Shown: positions 27,883 to 37,751, counted from the stretch's first letter. The stretch: DNA of 64,000 nucleotides from Candidatus Lloydbacteria bacterium RIFCSPHIGHO2_02_FULL_50_18 (GCA_001821395.1 MHLM01000003.1:46151-110150); one strand, 5' to 3'. The notes: generated by a model not told the origin, from the letters alone. Program-made: numbers and translations.

Positions 27883-27912
27883 CGATGCACACGAGTATGT
27901 TGTACGCCTCGT

Positions 27913-27940
27913 CATGACCCCCTTCGGGGTCATGTGTGTT
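27913..27940 (+). terminator. Rho-independent terminator
   Basis: catgacccc-cttc-ggggtcatg (9-bp stem) then T-rich tract. Confidence 0.8.
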
Positions 27941-27944
27941 TAGC

Positions 27945-28099
27945 GCCTATCTCAGTAGGAACTTTCCTGCTCCGTCGCATGATCTTCTGCGGAAACATCG
28001 AAAACTCTTGTCGCTTTGTCCCGACAAGGCTTCGCGAGTTTTCGATGTTTCCGCGAAGAAGCTCTTACGACTCGCGACGGAGGCCCTACTGGGATAGGC
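27945..28099. repeat. approximately 155-bp extended imperfect inverted repeat / long hairpin between convergent genes
   Basis: Outer arms gcctatctcagtagg / cctactgggataggc. Inner arms tcttctgcggaaacatcgaaaactc / gagttttcgatgtttccgcgaagaag. Small central hairpin. Confidence 0.8.
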
Positions 28100-28101
28100 T
28101 C

Positions 28102-29043
28102 TTAGCGGTCGTCACGCGTCTCTCCCTTTATGCTTGGAACACGCGGATCCTGCCCCGGCGCTTCGTCGTCCGACTTGTCAGGGGATACTGTCTCGGACCT
28201 GCTTCTATTGTTGCTATTGGGTTCGATGATCAAAGGAATTTCAGTTACCTCGGTCTCATTGTTGCTTTTGATGTCGGTCGTGCTCACTGTCCTCCCGTCG
28301 CTTTTTTCTGTTTGAGCATTGTCACGTTCGGACTTTTTTGTCTCTTGAAATTGATCTCGGGGTGTTCTGCGTGACGGATCTGCCTCTCGAGCGTCCTGCC
28401 CCTCCTTCCTTTCCCGCTGTTTTCTTTCTTCGCGTGTTTCGAGAGAGACTGCTTGCATCTCCGAAATGATGTCATCGATCACAGTTGTTGCGTTGCCCCT
28501 TCCGTCACGGCGAAGCGTATCACGTGTGGCCTCAAGTTCACGAAGTGCGACCGCTGTTCCGTGCTTTGCCCGCTCGGCGCGTTTTGTCTCTTCTTTTGAA
28601 AGAGCAGGAGTAGTGTCGAATACGGTCTCCGAGCTCGTCGCATACGCGGGATCGGTATCGATGAGTGCCGCAAGTTCGCGCACTTCCTTCAAACGCTTTT
28701 GTGCGAACTCAACTCGCAGTGCTTCCTTTTTCTGTCCGTCTTTGGTCATGATGATCTGTGCCTTCTCTTTGGCGATAGCGATGGGAAACAGTAGGTCACC
28801 CGGCTTGGCGTTGCTCGCATATGCGGTCGCCACGCCTCCCGACAACACAAGCGCCGTGAGGATTCCTGCCACGATCTTGCTCTGTGTGCGCTTCCGGAGT
28901 GCGGTGTATGAAAACGGCGACGGAGCAGCCACGAGGTGCTGTTCGATTATGTTCCATGAGCGGATCTTCTCTTCTTCGGTTATGCCGATCGGCTTATTCC
29001 GGGTGATGCGTTTTTCCATATTAGAGATATCGTTGTTCGACAT
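28102..29043 (-). CDS. putative anti-sigma factor (cytoplasmic N-terminus, one TM, charged low-complexity extracytoplasmic region)
   Basis: Immediately downstream of and overlapping an ECF sigma gene. TM IVAGILTALVLSGGVATAYA. Start position uncertain. Confidence 0.5.
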   Translation of the reverse strand: MSNNDISNMEKRITRNKPIGITEEEKIRSWNIIEQHLVAAPSPFSYTALRKRTQSKIVAGILTALVLSGGVATAYASNAKPGDLLFPIAIAKEKAQIIMTKDGQKKEALRVEFAQKRLKEVRELAALIDTDPAYATSSETVFDTTPALSKEETKRAERAKHGTAVALRELEATRDTLRRDGRGNATTVIDDIISEMQAVSLETREERKQRERKEGQDAREADPSRRTPRDQFQETKKSERDNAQTEKSDGRTVSTTDIKSNNETEVTEIPLIIEPNSNNRSRSETVSPDKSDDEAPGQDPRVPSIKGETRDDR

Positions 29044-29602
29044 ATGCATGAGGAAGATAGGCTTGTAATTCTTTGATCGCACGGTGATGGCGGACCTTGG
29101 CGTTATTCTCCGTCGTGTCGGTTGCGAGCGCGATCTCCCTGAAGGAAAGTTCCGACCAGTAGCGCAGACTGATTACTTCGCTCGACAGCCTGCTCATTTT
29201 TTTTAGTGCGTTTTCGAGGGTGCGGTAGTCTTCGTGCTCAGGAACCTCGGGGCTGGTCGCTTCATGGAGGAATTCAAGCGTTTCATTGTCGAGATCAACC
29301 GGTCGATGCTGTTCATTTTTGCGATAGGCATAGACCTTTCTTCGTGCGATGAGGAAAACAAACCCCCAGAACTCTTCCTCACTCTTCCAGTTGAACCGCG
29401 GGAGCCCCTTCCAGAGGTCAACAAAAACGTCTTGAAGCGTGTCGAGTGCTTGATTGCGGTCGCCGAGTTGACCCAGAAGAAAGCGAAAGACCTTATCATT
29501 TGCCGCATTGAAAACGCTGTGGAACGCATCGCGATCCCCCTTGCTCGCTTTCTTTATGCATTCTCGTAGTATTGCTTCTTGATCCATCGTTTGCTGCACC
29601 AT
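29021..29602 (-). CDS. ECF-type RNA polymerase sigma-70 family factor
   Basis: Region 2 (DAFHSVFNAANDKVFRFLLGQLGD...DLWKGL) and region 4 HTH (LSFREIALATDTTENNAKVRHHRAIKEL). Confidence 0.8.
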   Translation of the reverse strand: MVQQTMDQEAILRECIKKASKGDRDAFHSVFNAANDKVFRFLLGQLGDRNQALDTLQDVFVDLWKGLPRFNWKSEEEFWGFVFLIARRKVYAYRKNEQHRPVDLDNETLEFLHEATSPEVPEHEDYRTLENALKKMSRLSSEVISLRYWSELSFREIALATDTTENNAKVRHHRAIKELQAYLPHAYVEQRYL

Positions 29603-29762
29603 TGTAATGTGATGCTAGCGCGAAAAGGTTACGAAGAACAGAAGATCGACAGCACCGTGTAAAATAATGGCTCTATTGCAGCATATTTTCGTTGCAATTG
29701 ACGAATAGTGCGCAACCGTATCATGCTTCACACAATATTACTTTGCATGCTAAGATTCAGGC

Positions 29763-30377
29763 ATGAACAATACATTTTTATCACGCCTCGAGTGGCGTTT
29801 CGCAACAAAGCAATTTGATGCGGCCAAAAAACTTACCAGTGAACAATTGGGCGAGCTCTTGAGGGCGATTCGCCTTGCTCCCTCCTCGTACGGCGTTCAG
29901 CCGTTTCACGTTGTGATCGTGACAGACCCCGAACTCCGCAAGGAGCTTCGTATAGCATCGTATGATCAGCCGCAAGTGTCTGATGCGTCGCAGTTACTCG
30001 TTTTTTGCGCCCGCACCGATCTCACTGCGCGCGTTGATCAGTACTTTGCATCGATGACGGGAGGCGATGTCGACGCATTGATCATGACAAAGGGTTATGC
30101 GGACATGATGCATGGAGCGCTTGATGCCCGAACGGGTGAAGTTGCATGGGCATCGAAGCAGGCATATATTGCGCTTGGGTTCGGACTCGCTGCGGCTGCG
30201 GAACTCGGGATCGATTCGTGCCCGATGGAAGGATTTGATCCGGTGCAGGTCGATAAGATCTTGGGACTTCCCGCACATATCCGCTCCGTCGCCTATATGG
30301 CGGTGGGGTCGCGTGCTGCGGAGCCGGAGTTTCCTAAATTCCGTTTTGCCGAGAAGGACCTGTTTGAATATCGTTAA
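29763..30377 (+). CDS. nitroreductase family protein (NAD(P)H-flavin oxidoreductase-like)
   Basis: 204 aa. N-terminal RLEWRFATKQF and ...GVQP motifs typical of the nitroreductase fold. Confidence 0.75.
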   Translation: MNNTFLSRLEWRFATKQFDAAKKLTSEQLGELLRAIRLAPSSYGVQPFHVVIVTDPELRKELRIASYDQPQVSDASQLLVFCARTDLTARVDQYFASMTGGDVDALIMTKGYADMMHGALDARTGEVAWASKQAYIALGFGLAAAAELGIDSCPMEGFDPVQVDKILGLPAHIRSVAYMAVGSRAAEPEFPKFRFAEKDLFEYR

Positions 30378-30399
30378 ACAATGAGTTTAGTGCTCGCAA

Positions 30400-30428
30400 A
30401 AACATCCGCCGAACGGCGGATGTTTTTA
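30400..30428 (+). terminator. Rho-independent terminator
   Basis: catccgcc-gaac-ggcggatg plus TTTTT. Confidence 0.8.
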
Positions 30429-30487
30429 TGAAGCCCTGCATGCTCATGACGCGGTGAACAAAAAACACCACTTGTGGTGGTGTCTTA

Positions 30488-30994
30488 CTAGTGGGGTGAG
30501 AGTGCACCCTCCTTCTTGTCCTCGCCAAACATTGAACTCGTCCAATGCGCGGTCACGTTGGTTTTAAGGGTGTCAAACAATAGATGAACTTTCTTTTCCC
30601 GCGTCTTTCCGCTCTGATGGTAGAGTACTCTTCCCATCAGTGCATTGGTGCGCAAGAATGAGATCTCGGCAAGTCCCTTCCCAACCCCTAGTGGGCGCGA
30701 AACGGTAGTAGCGTTTGCGCCGGATATTTCTTTGTTCTCAAAAAAACAACTACAAAAAAGTTCTTCATGCGAAGCGTAGCATTTGTATTGAATGCGCGTT
30801 GTTGGATTTTTGAGTTGCAACAGCTGCATCCCGTCATGTTCTTCTGTAGTTACCTCATATTCATCCGACGTGAGCTCTCTCAGTACGGAGACCAGGTGTT
30901 GCGCAAGGTCTTCCTTACGACGGTAGCGCGGCCACCAGTAGGAAATACTGAACATGAAGGACAGAATGAACAGCGTACCCCAGATCGAATCCAT
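30488..30994 (-). CDS. membrane-anchored hypothetical protein (paralog A)
   Basis: N-terminal TM then WPRYRRKEDLAQ...FCSCFF. Resembles the neighbouring gene. Confidence 0.5.
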   Translation of the reverse strand: MDSIWGTLFILSFMFSISYWWPRYRRKEDLAQHLVSVLRELTSDEYEVTTEEHDGMQLLQLKNPTTRIQYKCYASHEELFCSCFFENKEISGANATTVSRPLGVGKGLAEISFLRTNALMGRVLYHQSGKTREKKVHLLFDTLKTNVTAHWTSSMFGEDKKEGALSPH

Positions 30995-31078
30995 GAAGTT
31001 TCCTTAAAATAATCCCTGCTCAAGCCACCATGATACTATATTTGTGCAAGCAAAAACCCCGCGTTAGCGGGGTTTGTC

Positions 31079-31684
31079 TTATATACGGCCATTGCTCGAA
31101 GACTCCAGTACGGCAAATATCTCTTCTAAGAGTTTGTCGTTGCTGCTTTTAGGGGGTGCCGGGAGGGGGAGAATACCGGACGCGACGAGTGTGGTTGTGC
31201 CCGATGCATTTTTAATTTCGAGTTTGTAAAAAATGCCGTGTCGCATACGTACCGACGCATCTTTGCATCCGTCCGCCTCGATGAGAAAGAGAAGTGCCGA
31301 TCCTCGTTCCTTGCGAACACCGAAGAGAGCAAGCCGCCCTTCAAGTTCAGCATGCTCCGTGATATCGAGATATCCATCGAGGGTGCGCAATATGCGTGCG
31401 CCGTCATCGTTATCACGCTCGGTAGTGGGCGGGTGCGGCCACATACAGTCGCAAAAGAATTTGCGCCCGATAAGTGTCGTATGAGTGAGCGTTTCGTTTT
31501 GTTGCCTGAGTATCTTCTCGGCGCTGGTCGCGCTCACTTGCTTATAAATATATGAGAGAACCGACTCGATGATCGCGGCTTTTTGAGCCAGTTCCTGTCG
31601 ATAGATACGCCATCGAACAATAGCAAGAATGAGCGCCAGTGCGACGACGGCGAAGAGCATGACTATGAAGTTCTGCCGTTCCAT
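31079..31684 (-). CDS. membrane-anchored hypothetical protein (paralog B)
   Basis: N-terminal TM then RWRIYRQELAQ...FFCDCMW. Followed at 31040-31070 by the terminator aaaccccgc-gtta-gcggggttt. Confidence 0.5.
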   Translation of the reverse strand: MERQNFIVMLFAVVALALILAIVRWRIYRQELAQKAAIIESVLSYIYKQVSATSAEKILRQQNETLTHTTLIGRKFFCDCMWPHPPTTERDNDDGARILRTLDGYLDITEHAELEGRLALFGVRKERGSALLFLIEADGCKDASVRMRHGIFYKLEIKNASGTTTLVASGILPLPAPPKSSNDKLLEEIFAVLESSSNGRI

Positions 31685-31821
31685 GTTTCCTCCGCAGATG
31701 AAAAGAAATTCTCCCTAAACCCTAGCACTCGGGGATGTAATTGCAAGACCATAAAATGATTGACCGAAGAGGCTGAGAAGAATAGTCTAAATACAGAGAA
31801 GATTTTTGACAGGAGTGTGTC

Positions 31822-32877
31822 ATGGACGGACTTACCCCCGAGTTCATGGAAGACTACCGCAAGCAAGAGCAGAAGCGGGTTCGGGCAGGCGTGTATCGCA
31901 CCTGGCATGATCAGAAAGAGTCTTTAATGGAAGGCAATGCCATCATTGTGCATGGTTACCGCGGCAACGTGCGCGCTCAGCACTTTAAAGACCTCGCAAA
32001 TGCGTTTGATGATGCACAGTTCAATGTCGCATCATTTGATCTTCCGAATTTCGGAAAGAGCCGCAACCTGCGTCCCGAACTTGAAGGACAGGTCGTCTCA
32101 TTTGCCGAGCTCATCCGTACGCTCAAATCGATGTTGTTTGCCATGCTCGAATCACGTTCGAAGAGCAAGGTTCCGACGATACTCGTCGGCTACAGTATCG
32201 GCGCGCTCGTGATACTGCGCTTGTTACAGATCTATCCATATTTGCAGAAGTATGTTGCGGGTATCGTGCTCATCGCGGTGCCATTACGCGTGGATCACAA
32301 TGCCCGCAAGGAGCTCCTTCGCTGGAAAAAAGTGGTGAAGCCGTTCTTCAAGTTGTTGGTGCGTGTGTATCCGAGCATGTCGGTTGCGGCGTATGAGGAA
32401 GATGAATTTTCCACTAATGATCCCCATCACTTTAAGGGGGCAATGAGTGCATGGACGGCCAATCAGATATTGGTTGCTTCCGAAAAGGCACGAGCTGCCA
32501 TGGGGCGTATCGCGGTACCAGTACTCTTTATCCATGGCAATGACGATAGCACCGCTCCACTAGAAGACATGGAGTGCGCATTCGGTGAGGTTGCGACATC
32601 ACGAGACGATAAGGACAAGATCGTATATCCGCACGTTGACCACCTCGTGTTGCAGAAGCATCGTCATGCCATACTTGATATCGTGAAGTGGGCGAAGATC
32701 CGCGTCAAGCTGGCCAAAGATTCAGTCGTGCGTATCCATACTGAGCAGGGTAAGTTCGAGGAACGACTTGAAGAATTGGTTCATATTTTTCTCGATCTTG
32801 GCCGTCGCATCGTCGTTTTGTTATGGAATGTTCGCGGAGACCTGCTTCACTCGCTCTTGCGACGGAAGAAGAATTAG
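31822..32877 (+). CDS. alpha/beta hydrolase (lysophospholipase/monoacylglycerol lipase-like)
   Basis: GYSIG nucleophile elbow (GxSxG). HG oxyanion motif IVHGY. Confidence 0.75.
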   Translation: MDGLTPEFMEDYRKQEQKRVRAGVYRTWHDQKESLMEGNAIIVHGYRGNVRAQHFKDLANAFDDAQFNVASFDLPNFGKSRNLRPELEGQVVSFAELIRTLKSMLFAMLESRSKSKVPTILVGYSIGALVILRLLQIYPYLQKYVAGIVLIAVPLRVDHNARKELLRWKKVVKPFFKLLVRVYPSMSVAAYEEDEFSTNDPHHFKGAMSAWTANQILVASEKARAAMGRIAVPVLFIHGNDDSTAPLEDMECAFGEVATSRDDKDKIVYPHVDHLVLQKHRHAILDIVKWAKIRVKLAKDSVVRIHTEQGKFEERLEELVHIFLDLGRRIVVLLWNVRGDLLHSLLRRKKN

Positions 32878-32908
32878 CCCCACCTCGGTGGGGTTTTTGT
32901 TTTTTGCT
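32876..32908 (+). terminator. Rho-independent terminator
   Basis: ccccacc-tcg-gtgggg hairpin plus T-run. Confidence 0.85.
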
Positions 32909-32949
32909 GTGTTAACATATGTTCACCATTAGTGAAATAATACTTTCAT

Positions 32950-33324
32950 ATGCTTCACGAATTCAAAACATTTGCCCTTAAAGGAAACGTACTCGATCTC
33001 GCCGTTGGTGTGGTCATCGGTACCGCATTCAGCGCCATCGTTGCTTCGCTTGTCGGTGACGTAATCATGCCGATTGTCGGAGTGATTACCGGCGGTATCG
33101 ATTTTTCAGGACTTCATTACACGGTGGGTGGGGCGACGATCAATTACGGAAAATTCATTCAAGCGTTGTTCATATTTTTGGTGGTAGCATTCACCCTGTT
33201 CGTCGTGGTGAAGGTATTGAATTCATTGCGTAAAAAAGCGGAAATAGAAAAAACAGTTGCTTCGGCGGATCCTGCACCGGACGTACTTTTGCTGACTGAG
33301 ATCCGGGACTTGCTCAAGCAATAA
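32950..33324 (+). CDS. mscL: large-conductance mechanosensitive channel MscL
   Basis: Classic N-terminus MLHEFKTFALKGNVLDLAVGVVIGTAF. 124 aa. Confidence 0.9.
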   Translation: MLHEFKTFALKGNVLDLAVGVVIGTAFSAIVASLVGDVIMPIVGVITGGIDFSGLHYTVGGATINYGKFIQALFIFLVVAFTLFVVVKVLNSLRKKAEIEKTVASADPAPDVLLLTEIRDLLKQ

Positions 33325-33376
33325 GGAAGAAAAATGCTGTCCAGAATGTGTACTTCTTTCATGCTATAATCTTCCC

Positions 33377-33973
33377 ATGGATTTTATTGTCGACCTGATT
33401 CATAACTATGGTTATTACATCGTGTTCTTCGGCACGCTGCTTGAGGGTGAAGTGGTCGTGGCGCTTGCCGGATTCGCCGCATTTCAGGATGACCTCCATT
33501 TGAGTATCGTGATCCCGATAGCTATCGTCGGGGCGGTGATCGGTGATCAGTCTTTTTTCTATTTCGGTCGATTCAAAGGTCGCAAGGTGCTTCATCGCCA
33601 TCCCGAGTGGTACGACCGTGTTGAAAAGATTCACGTATGGATGTCGCGGTATCAGGACCTGCTGATTTTCGGTTCGCGTTTTCTTTATGGTTTTCGTGCG
33701 ATCACCCCTATGGTGATCGGCACAAGCAAGGTCTCAGGGCTGCGCTATCTGGTGTTGAATGTGCTCGGTGCCATCGTGTGGGCACACTTGTTTGCTTTTG
33801 GCGGGTATATCTTCGGCAGTGCCATTGAGCGATTTTTGGGGAACATGAAGAGGTTTGAGGGCACGGTCGTGGGTGTGCTCATTTTGTTGACGATAGGCAT
33901 CCAGTTCATTGCCTGGCTCCGCAGGAGGCGGGAACGTATCCGAGAGATGAAGCACAAGCGCTCGCACGACTAG
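33377..33973 (+). CDS. DedA family membrane protein
   Basis: 198 aa. DedA/SNARE-associated motif pattern (GTLLEGE...G..IGDQ..F..GR). Confidence 0.75.
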   Translation: MDFIVDLIHNYGYYIVFFGTLLEGEVVVALAGFAAFQDDLHLSIVIPIAIVGAVIGDQSFFYFGRFKGRKVLHRHPEWYDRVEKIHVWMSRYQDLLIFGSRFLYGFRAITPMVIGTSKVSGLRYLVLNVLGAIVWAHLFAFGGYIFGSAIERFLGNMKRFEGTVVGVLILLTIGIQFIAWLRRRRERIREMKHKRSHD

Positions 33974-33996
33974 GAGCATTTGCTATACTCTCCTAT

Positions 33997-34641
33997 ATGC
34001 GACTATCAGGCTCAAGCACCCCCATCTCTCGATTTCTGCTCACATTGTTAGCACTTTATCTTTGTCTTTTTGCCGTTCTTGCGATCAACCCCATTGATCG
34101 GCAAGCGTGGTTTGCGGAGAATCTTACGGTGATTATTATCGTGAGCATTCTTGCATCCCTATATTTTTTCCGTATTCGTTTTTCTCATACCGCGTACGCA
34201 TTTATGGCTGTACTTATTTTTCTACATACGATCGGCGGTCATTATACATTCGAAAGGGTGCCGTTTGATTGGGTCACAAATTTTTTTGGTTTCGAGCGTA
34301 ACCATTATGACCGTGTCGCGCATTTTTCGGTCGGATTCTACGCGTATGCGATCGGTGAGTGGCTTCTTGCGAAACGCCTTGTCGCGAATCGCTTCCTCCT
34401 TTTTACGTATCCGATATTCGTCATTGCCACTCTCGCCATGAGTTATGAACTCATTGAGTGGATCTACGCCGCCAATGCGGATCCGCTCGCAGGTGCAGCG
34501 TATCTTGGGAGCCAGGGCGATATCTGGGATGCGCAGAAGGACATGCTTGCGGATACGCTCGGTGCGCTCAGTGTAATGACATTCTTTTTTTGGATGAATG
34601 GTTTTCATCGAATACGGACGCTCCTTTCTCACAAGCAATGA
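33997..34641 (+). CDS. integral membrane protein, possibly DUF2238 (YjdF-like)
   Basis: 214 aa, multiple TM helices. HTIGGHYTFERVP motif. Confidence 0.4.
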   Translation: MRLSGSSTPISRFLLTLLALYLCLFAVLAINPIDRQAWFAENLTVIIIVSILASLYFFRIRFSHTAYAFMAVLIFLHTIGGHYTFERVPFDWVTNFFGFERNHYDRVAHFSVGFYAYAIGEWLLAKRLVANRFLLFTYPIFVIATLAMSYELIEWIYAANADPLAGAAYLGSQGDIWDAQKDMLADTLGALSVMTFFFWMNGFHRIRTLLSHKQ

Positions 34642-36116
34642 ACAGGACGAACGCCCATCTTTTATTGCTCGCCGGTGCATGGCTTTCTCTCGTCGCGTTC
34701 GTGATCGGCGGAAGCGTCATGCTTCCCGTACAAAAGGAAGCGGGAGAACGTTCGACCGCGCTATTGTATAAATTTGCAGCAAATGAATTGACATCGAACA
34801 CGTCGCAAGTAACGGAGTCGGGACGGACGATCGTCGCCAACCTAGAGACGATGGAGGTGTTGCTCTATGATAACGGCACGCTTGTTCGCACATTTCCAAT
34901 CCTCTCAAAAGGACGCCCGGGTACCCCGTGGGAAACCCCATCCGGCGTTTACGCTATCCAGACAAAAGAAATAAAACATCTTTCATCGATTGGCGGAACC
35001 TGGATGCCCTATAGTATGCAATTCTACGGAAATTTCTTCATTCACGGATGGCCGACCTACATGAATGGAAAGGATGTACCGCTCGGATATTCGGGTGGTT
35101 GCATCCGACTTTCGACAGAGGACGCCCGTCTCATGTACGAGTTCGCTCCAGAGGGCGCACGCTTAGTCGTGCTCTCTCCCGGAAGAGGTGATGAATTCGC
35201 AACATCATCACGGTATTATTTACATGGAGAGGGTCATTTGCCGCATGTCACCGCACCATCATTCATGATTGCGGATGTGGATTCGGGGGTGGTGTTATGG
35301 GAGCGACGGAGCCATGATCTCAAGGACCCCAAAGGGCTCACCGCGCTCATGACGAGTCTTGCCGCCGTTGAAACGGTGAATCAGTACAAACTGGTGCGCA
35401 TGAGTGAGTTATTGATGGGGAGGGCTGTCCTCCGTAAGCACTCCATCGGCGCACTTGATGAGATCCCCGCGGGCACATTATTGTATCCGCTCCTTTTTGA
35501 GGGGAGCGATACGGCGGCAAAAGTATTCGCGAAGGAGCATGGGACCAAACAATTCGTGGAATATATGAATGAAAAAAGTACTGCGATCGACATGGGGGAT
35601 ACCGCGTTCAGCGGTGCGTTATCAGGAGACGGATCAACGACGACGGCTCGCGATCTGATGATGCTGCTTCGATATGTGAATGATCATAAGCATTTTTTGA
35701 TCGATGTGACCCTTCTACCGGGGCAGACGCTCTTTGATGATGCGGGAAACGAGCGATATGATTGGACAAATAAAAACCCTTGGGTCATATCGGGTGACGG
35801 GGCATTCCGAGGGGGTATCGTATCCGGTGACGCATCGGGGCGTGATGGCGCGATGCTGCTTTTTGACCTCCCACTCGCTGAATTCACTCCGCGCACGATC
35901 GCAATTGTGGTTATGGATTCTGAGGATATCAATGGTGACATTCGCGCGATCCGCCGATTCGTTGCAGATCACTTCGTGTTCGGTGTCGAACGAGAAGTCG
36001 GTTCTTTTATCCGAGAAAAGGAAGAGCCAACCCCGGGTCTTTTGGAGCGAGCGAAAGCGCTGATCAATCTTGGATCGTTACTAGAAGACGAGGTCGAGTA
36101 CGAACGTGAAGTATGA
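34638..36116 (+). CDS. L,D-transpeptidase (YkuD) fused to a PBP5/S11-like D,D-carboxypeptidase domain with substituted catalytic Ser and Lys
   Basis: YkuD motif FIHGWP...GYSGGCIRL. The later DPKGLTALMTS aligns by eye to the DacA active site NPASLTKMMTS, with S to G and K to A. ATGA overlap with the upstream gene. Confidence 0.7.
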   Translation: MNRTNAHLLLLAGAWLSLVAFVIGGSVMLPVQKEAGERSTALLYKFAANELTSNTSQVTESGRTIVANLETMEVLLYDNGTLVRTFPILSKGRPGTPWETPSGVYAIQTKEIKHLSSIGGTWMPYSMQFYGNFFIHGWPTYMNGKDVPLGYSGGCIRLSTEDARLMYEFAPEGARLVVLSPGRGDEFATSSRYYLHGEGHLPHVTAPSFMIADVDSGVVLWERRSHDLKDPKGLTALMTSLAAVETVNQYKLVRMSELLMGRAVLRKHSIGALDEIPAGTLLYPLLFEGSDTAAKVFAKEHGTKQFVEYMNEKSTAIDMGDTAFSGALSGDGSTTTARDLMMLLRYVNDHKHFLIDVTLLPGQTLFDDAGNERYDWTNKNPWVISGDGAFRGGIVSGDASGRDGAMLLFDLPLAEFTPRTIAIVVMDSEDINGDIRAIRRFVADHFVFGVEREVGSFIREKEEPTPGLLERAKALINLGSLLEDEVEYEREV

Positions 36117-36613
36117 ATACTATTGATGCATATTGGATGATCGTTGTCTCGGTGTCCGTCTTACTGGCGCTGCTTTCGATGCGTGAATACCATCTTCTCG
36201 CCCAGCTTCCCCCTGCGCATCCTGACCGCGGATCGTATTGGTTCAATGTATGCTTGCTCATCCTTGCCTCCGGGGGATTGCTCTACGGCGGTCATTACAT
36301 AGATATAGGGAGACGAACGATCGAGGCGCTGATCGCGATACCTCCATCGTCGCGCTATGCGATCGAGCGTAATGCGGTCATTCATGATGCGACATGGGTC
36401 TACGAGAGCGGAGAGCGCGAGGACGAGATCCGCTCTTTTTATCGGGAGTATGCGCGGGCACAGCACATGACCTTTCTTGAGGATGATCATGACGTGGTGC
36501 GCATGTCGTTTGCGCTCCCATCAGGTCTTCTTTTTTTGACACTGCACACCGAGGGAAAGAAGACGGTATTATATTTTTCTCGCGTCGGGGAGATCCGTAC
36601 CGCTACTCTGTAG
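36113..36613 (+). CDS. hypothetical membrane protein
   Basis: 166 aa, N-terminal hydrophobic helices. ATGA coupling with the previous gene. Confidence 0.45.
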   Translation: MNTIDAYWMIVVSVSVLLALLSMREYHLLAQLPPAHPDRGSYWFNVCLLILASGGLLYGGHYIDIGRRTIEALIAIPPSSRYAIERNAVIHDATWVYESGEREDEIRSFYREYARAQHMTFLEDDHDVVRMSFALPSGLLFLTLHTEGKKTVLYFSRVGEIRTATL

Positions 36614-37262
36614 CCGATGTCTTTGGGACAGCGACGATAAGTCCTTCCAAAACCGGGGCAACACGATCCACGATCCTCTCGTAACCCTTGTCATTCGGAT
36701 GTACCTCGTCGGACATGAGCGCACTGTTGCCGATGAGTCCCAGGAGTACATTGGGGACATAGAGGGACCCCGTTGCTTTTGCGAGTGTCGCGAAATCATC
36801 GTCGTATTGGTCAGTGAGCAGTCCGCCGCGTATGCCGAGTAAGAGGACGATTGCCCCGCGTGATTGTATCCGGGTTATGATCGAGTGGAGGTTCACGAAT
36901 GTTTCTTCTTTGGGGACTTGTTTGAGAATATCATTCCCACCGAGCAGCAGTATGACAATATCAGGTTTTTCATCAAGCACATCCTTCGAAAGTCGGAACA
37001 GCGCATCATACGTCGTATCGCCGCTTACACCTTTATTGATGATCGTGATATTGAGGCGTTTCGCCAGCATTGGAATGAATCCTTTCTCTCTGCTTCCTGC
37101 CCCGATACCGACGATGAGACTGTCTCCGAAGGCAACAATGTGCTCACCTTTCGGCGGGTAATTCTTGATCGGGTGATGCTCTAGAACGAGAGAAGCAATT
37201 TGCCACATGCCCAAAAAAATAATAGCCGCAAAAATAAAAATGAATGGGCGCACTTGTTTCAT
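36603..37262 (-). CDS. SGNH/GDSL hydrolase (TesA/arylesterase-like)
   Basis: Block I VAFGDSL, block III GGND, block V DEVHPN. Confidence 0.8.
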   Translation of the reverse strand: MKQVRPFIFIFAAIIFLGMWQIASLVLEHHPIKNYPPKGEHIVAFGDSLIVGIGAGSREKGFIPMLAKRLNITIINKGVSGDTTYDALFRLSKDVLDEKPDIVILLLGGNDILKQVPKEETFVNLHSIITRIQSRGAIVLLLGIRGGLLTDQYDDDFATLAKATGSLYVPNVLLGLIGNSALMSDEVHPNDKGYERIVDRVAPVLEGLIVAVPKTSATE

Positions 37263-37340
37263 TATTTCATCGTAGCATGTTTGACACGCACTTGCGTGAG
37301 AGGGTAGTGTGGTCGAAGAGGTAATTTATAAGGAGCGAAA

Positions 37341-37745
37341 ATGGCAGCAACGGAAAAAAAGTCGTGTGGCACACCAAGGTCTGCACCGTGGCAAAAACGT
37401 CGCCCGCCGAATGGGTATTCATATCTTGAAGTATTTCGCGAGTTGAAGCGTCGGAAGAAAGGGGACTACCTTCTTTCTTCGGAAGTGCGCAACGATGTAT
37501 TCGAAGCGGGCGTTCATCGATTGTCCGCACAGTATTTCATTTCTTCGATACTCTCAGGAATCATGAAAGAATACGAACTCACTTCGGAGGAATTTCTCTC
37601 ATTGTTCAGCTGTCGAAATGAAGATTCTGCAGACACGTTACTTTCGTGCATATTAAGTCCGTATCAGAGAAGCAAAGACGCGGACATTTCAAATAATGCC
37701 GAGGTGGATGAACTGTTTCCGGCACAGGGTCTGAAGAGAACGTAA
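37341..37745 (+). CDS. hypothetical protein
   Basis: 134-aa ORF followed by a strong terminator. Confidence 0.4.
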   Translation: MAATEKKSCGTPRSAPWQKRRPPNGYSYLEVFRELKRRKKGDYLLSSEVRNDVFEAGVHRLSAQYFISSILSGIMKEYELTSEEFLSLFSCRNEDSADTLLSCILSPYQRSKDADISNNAEVDELFPAQGLKRT

Positions 37746-37751
37746 TAAAAA

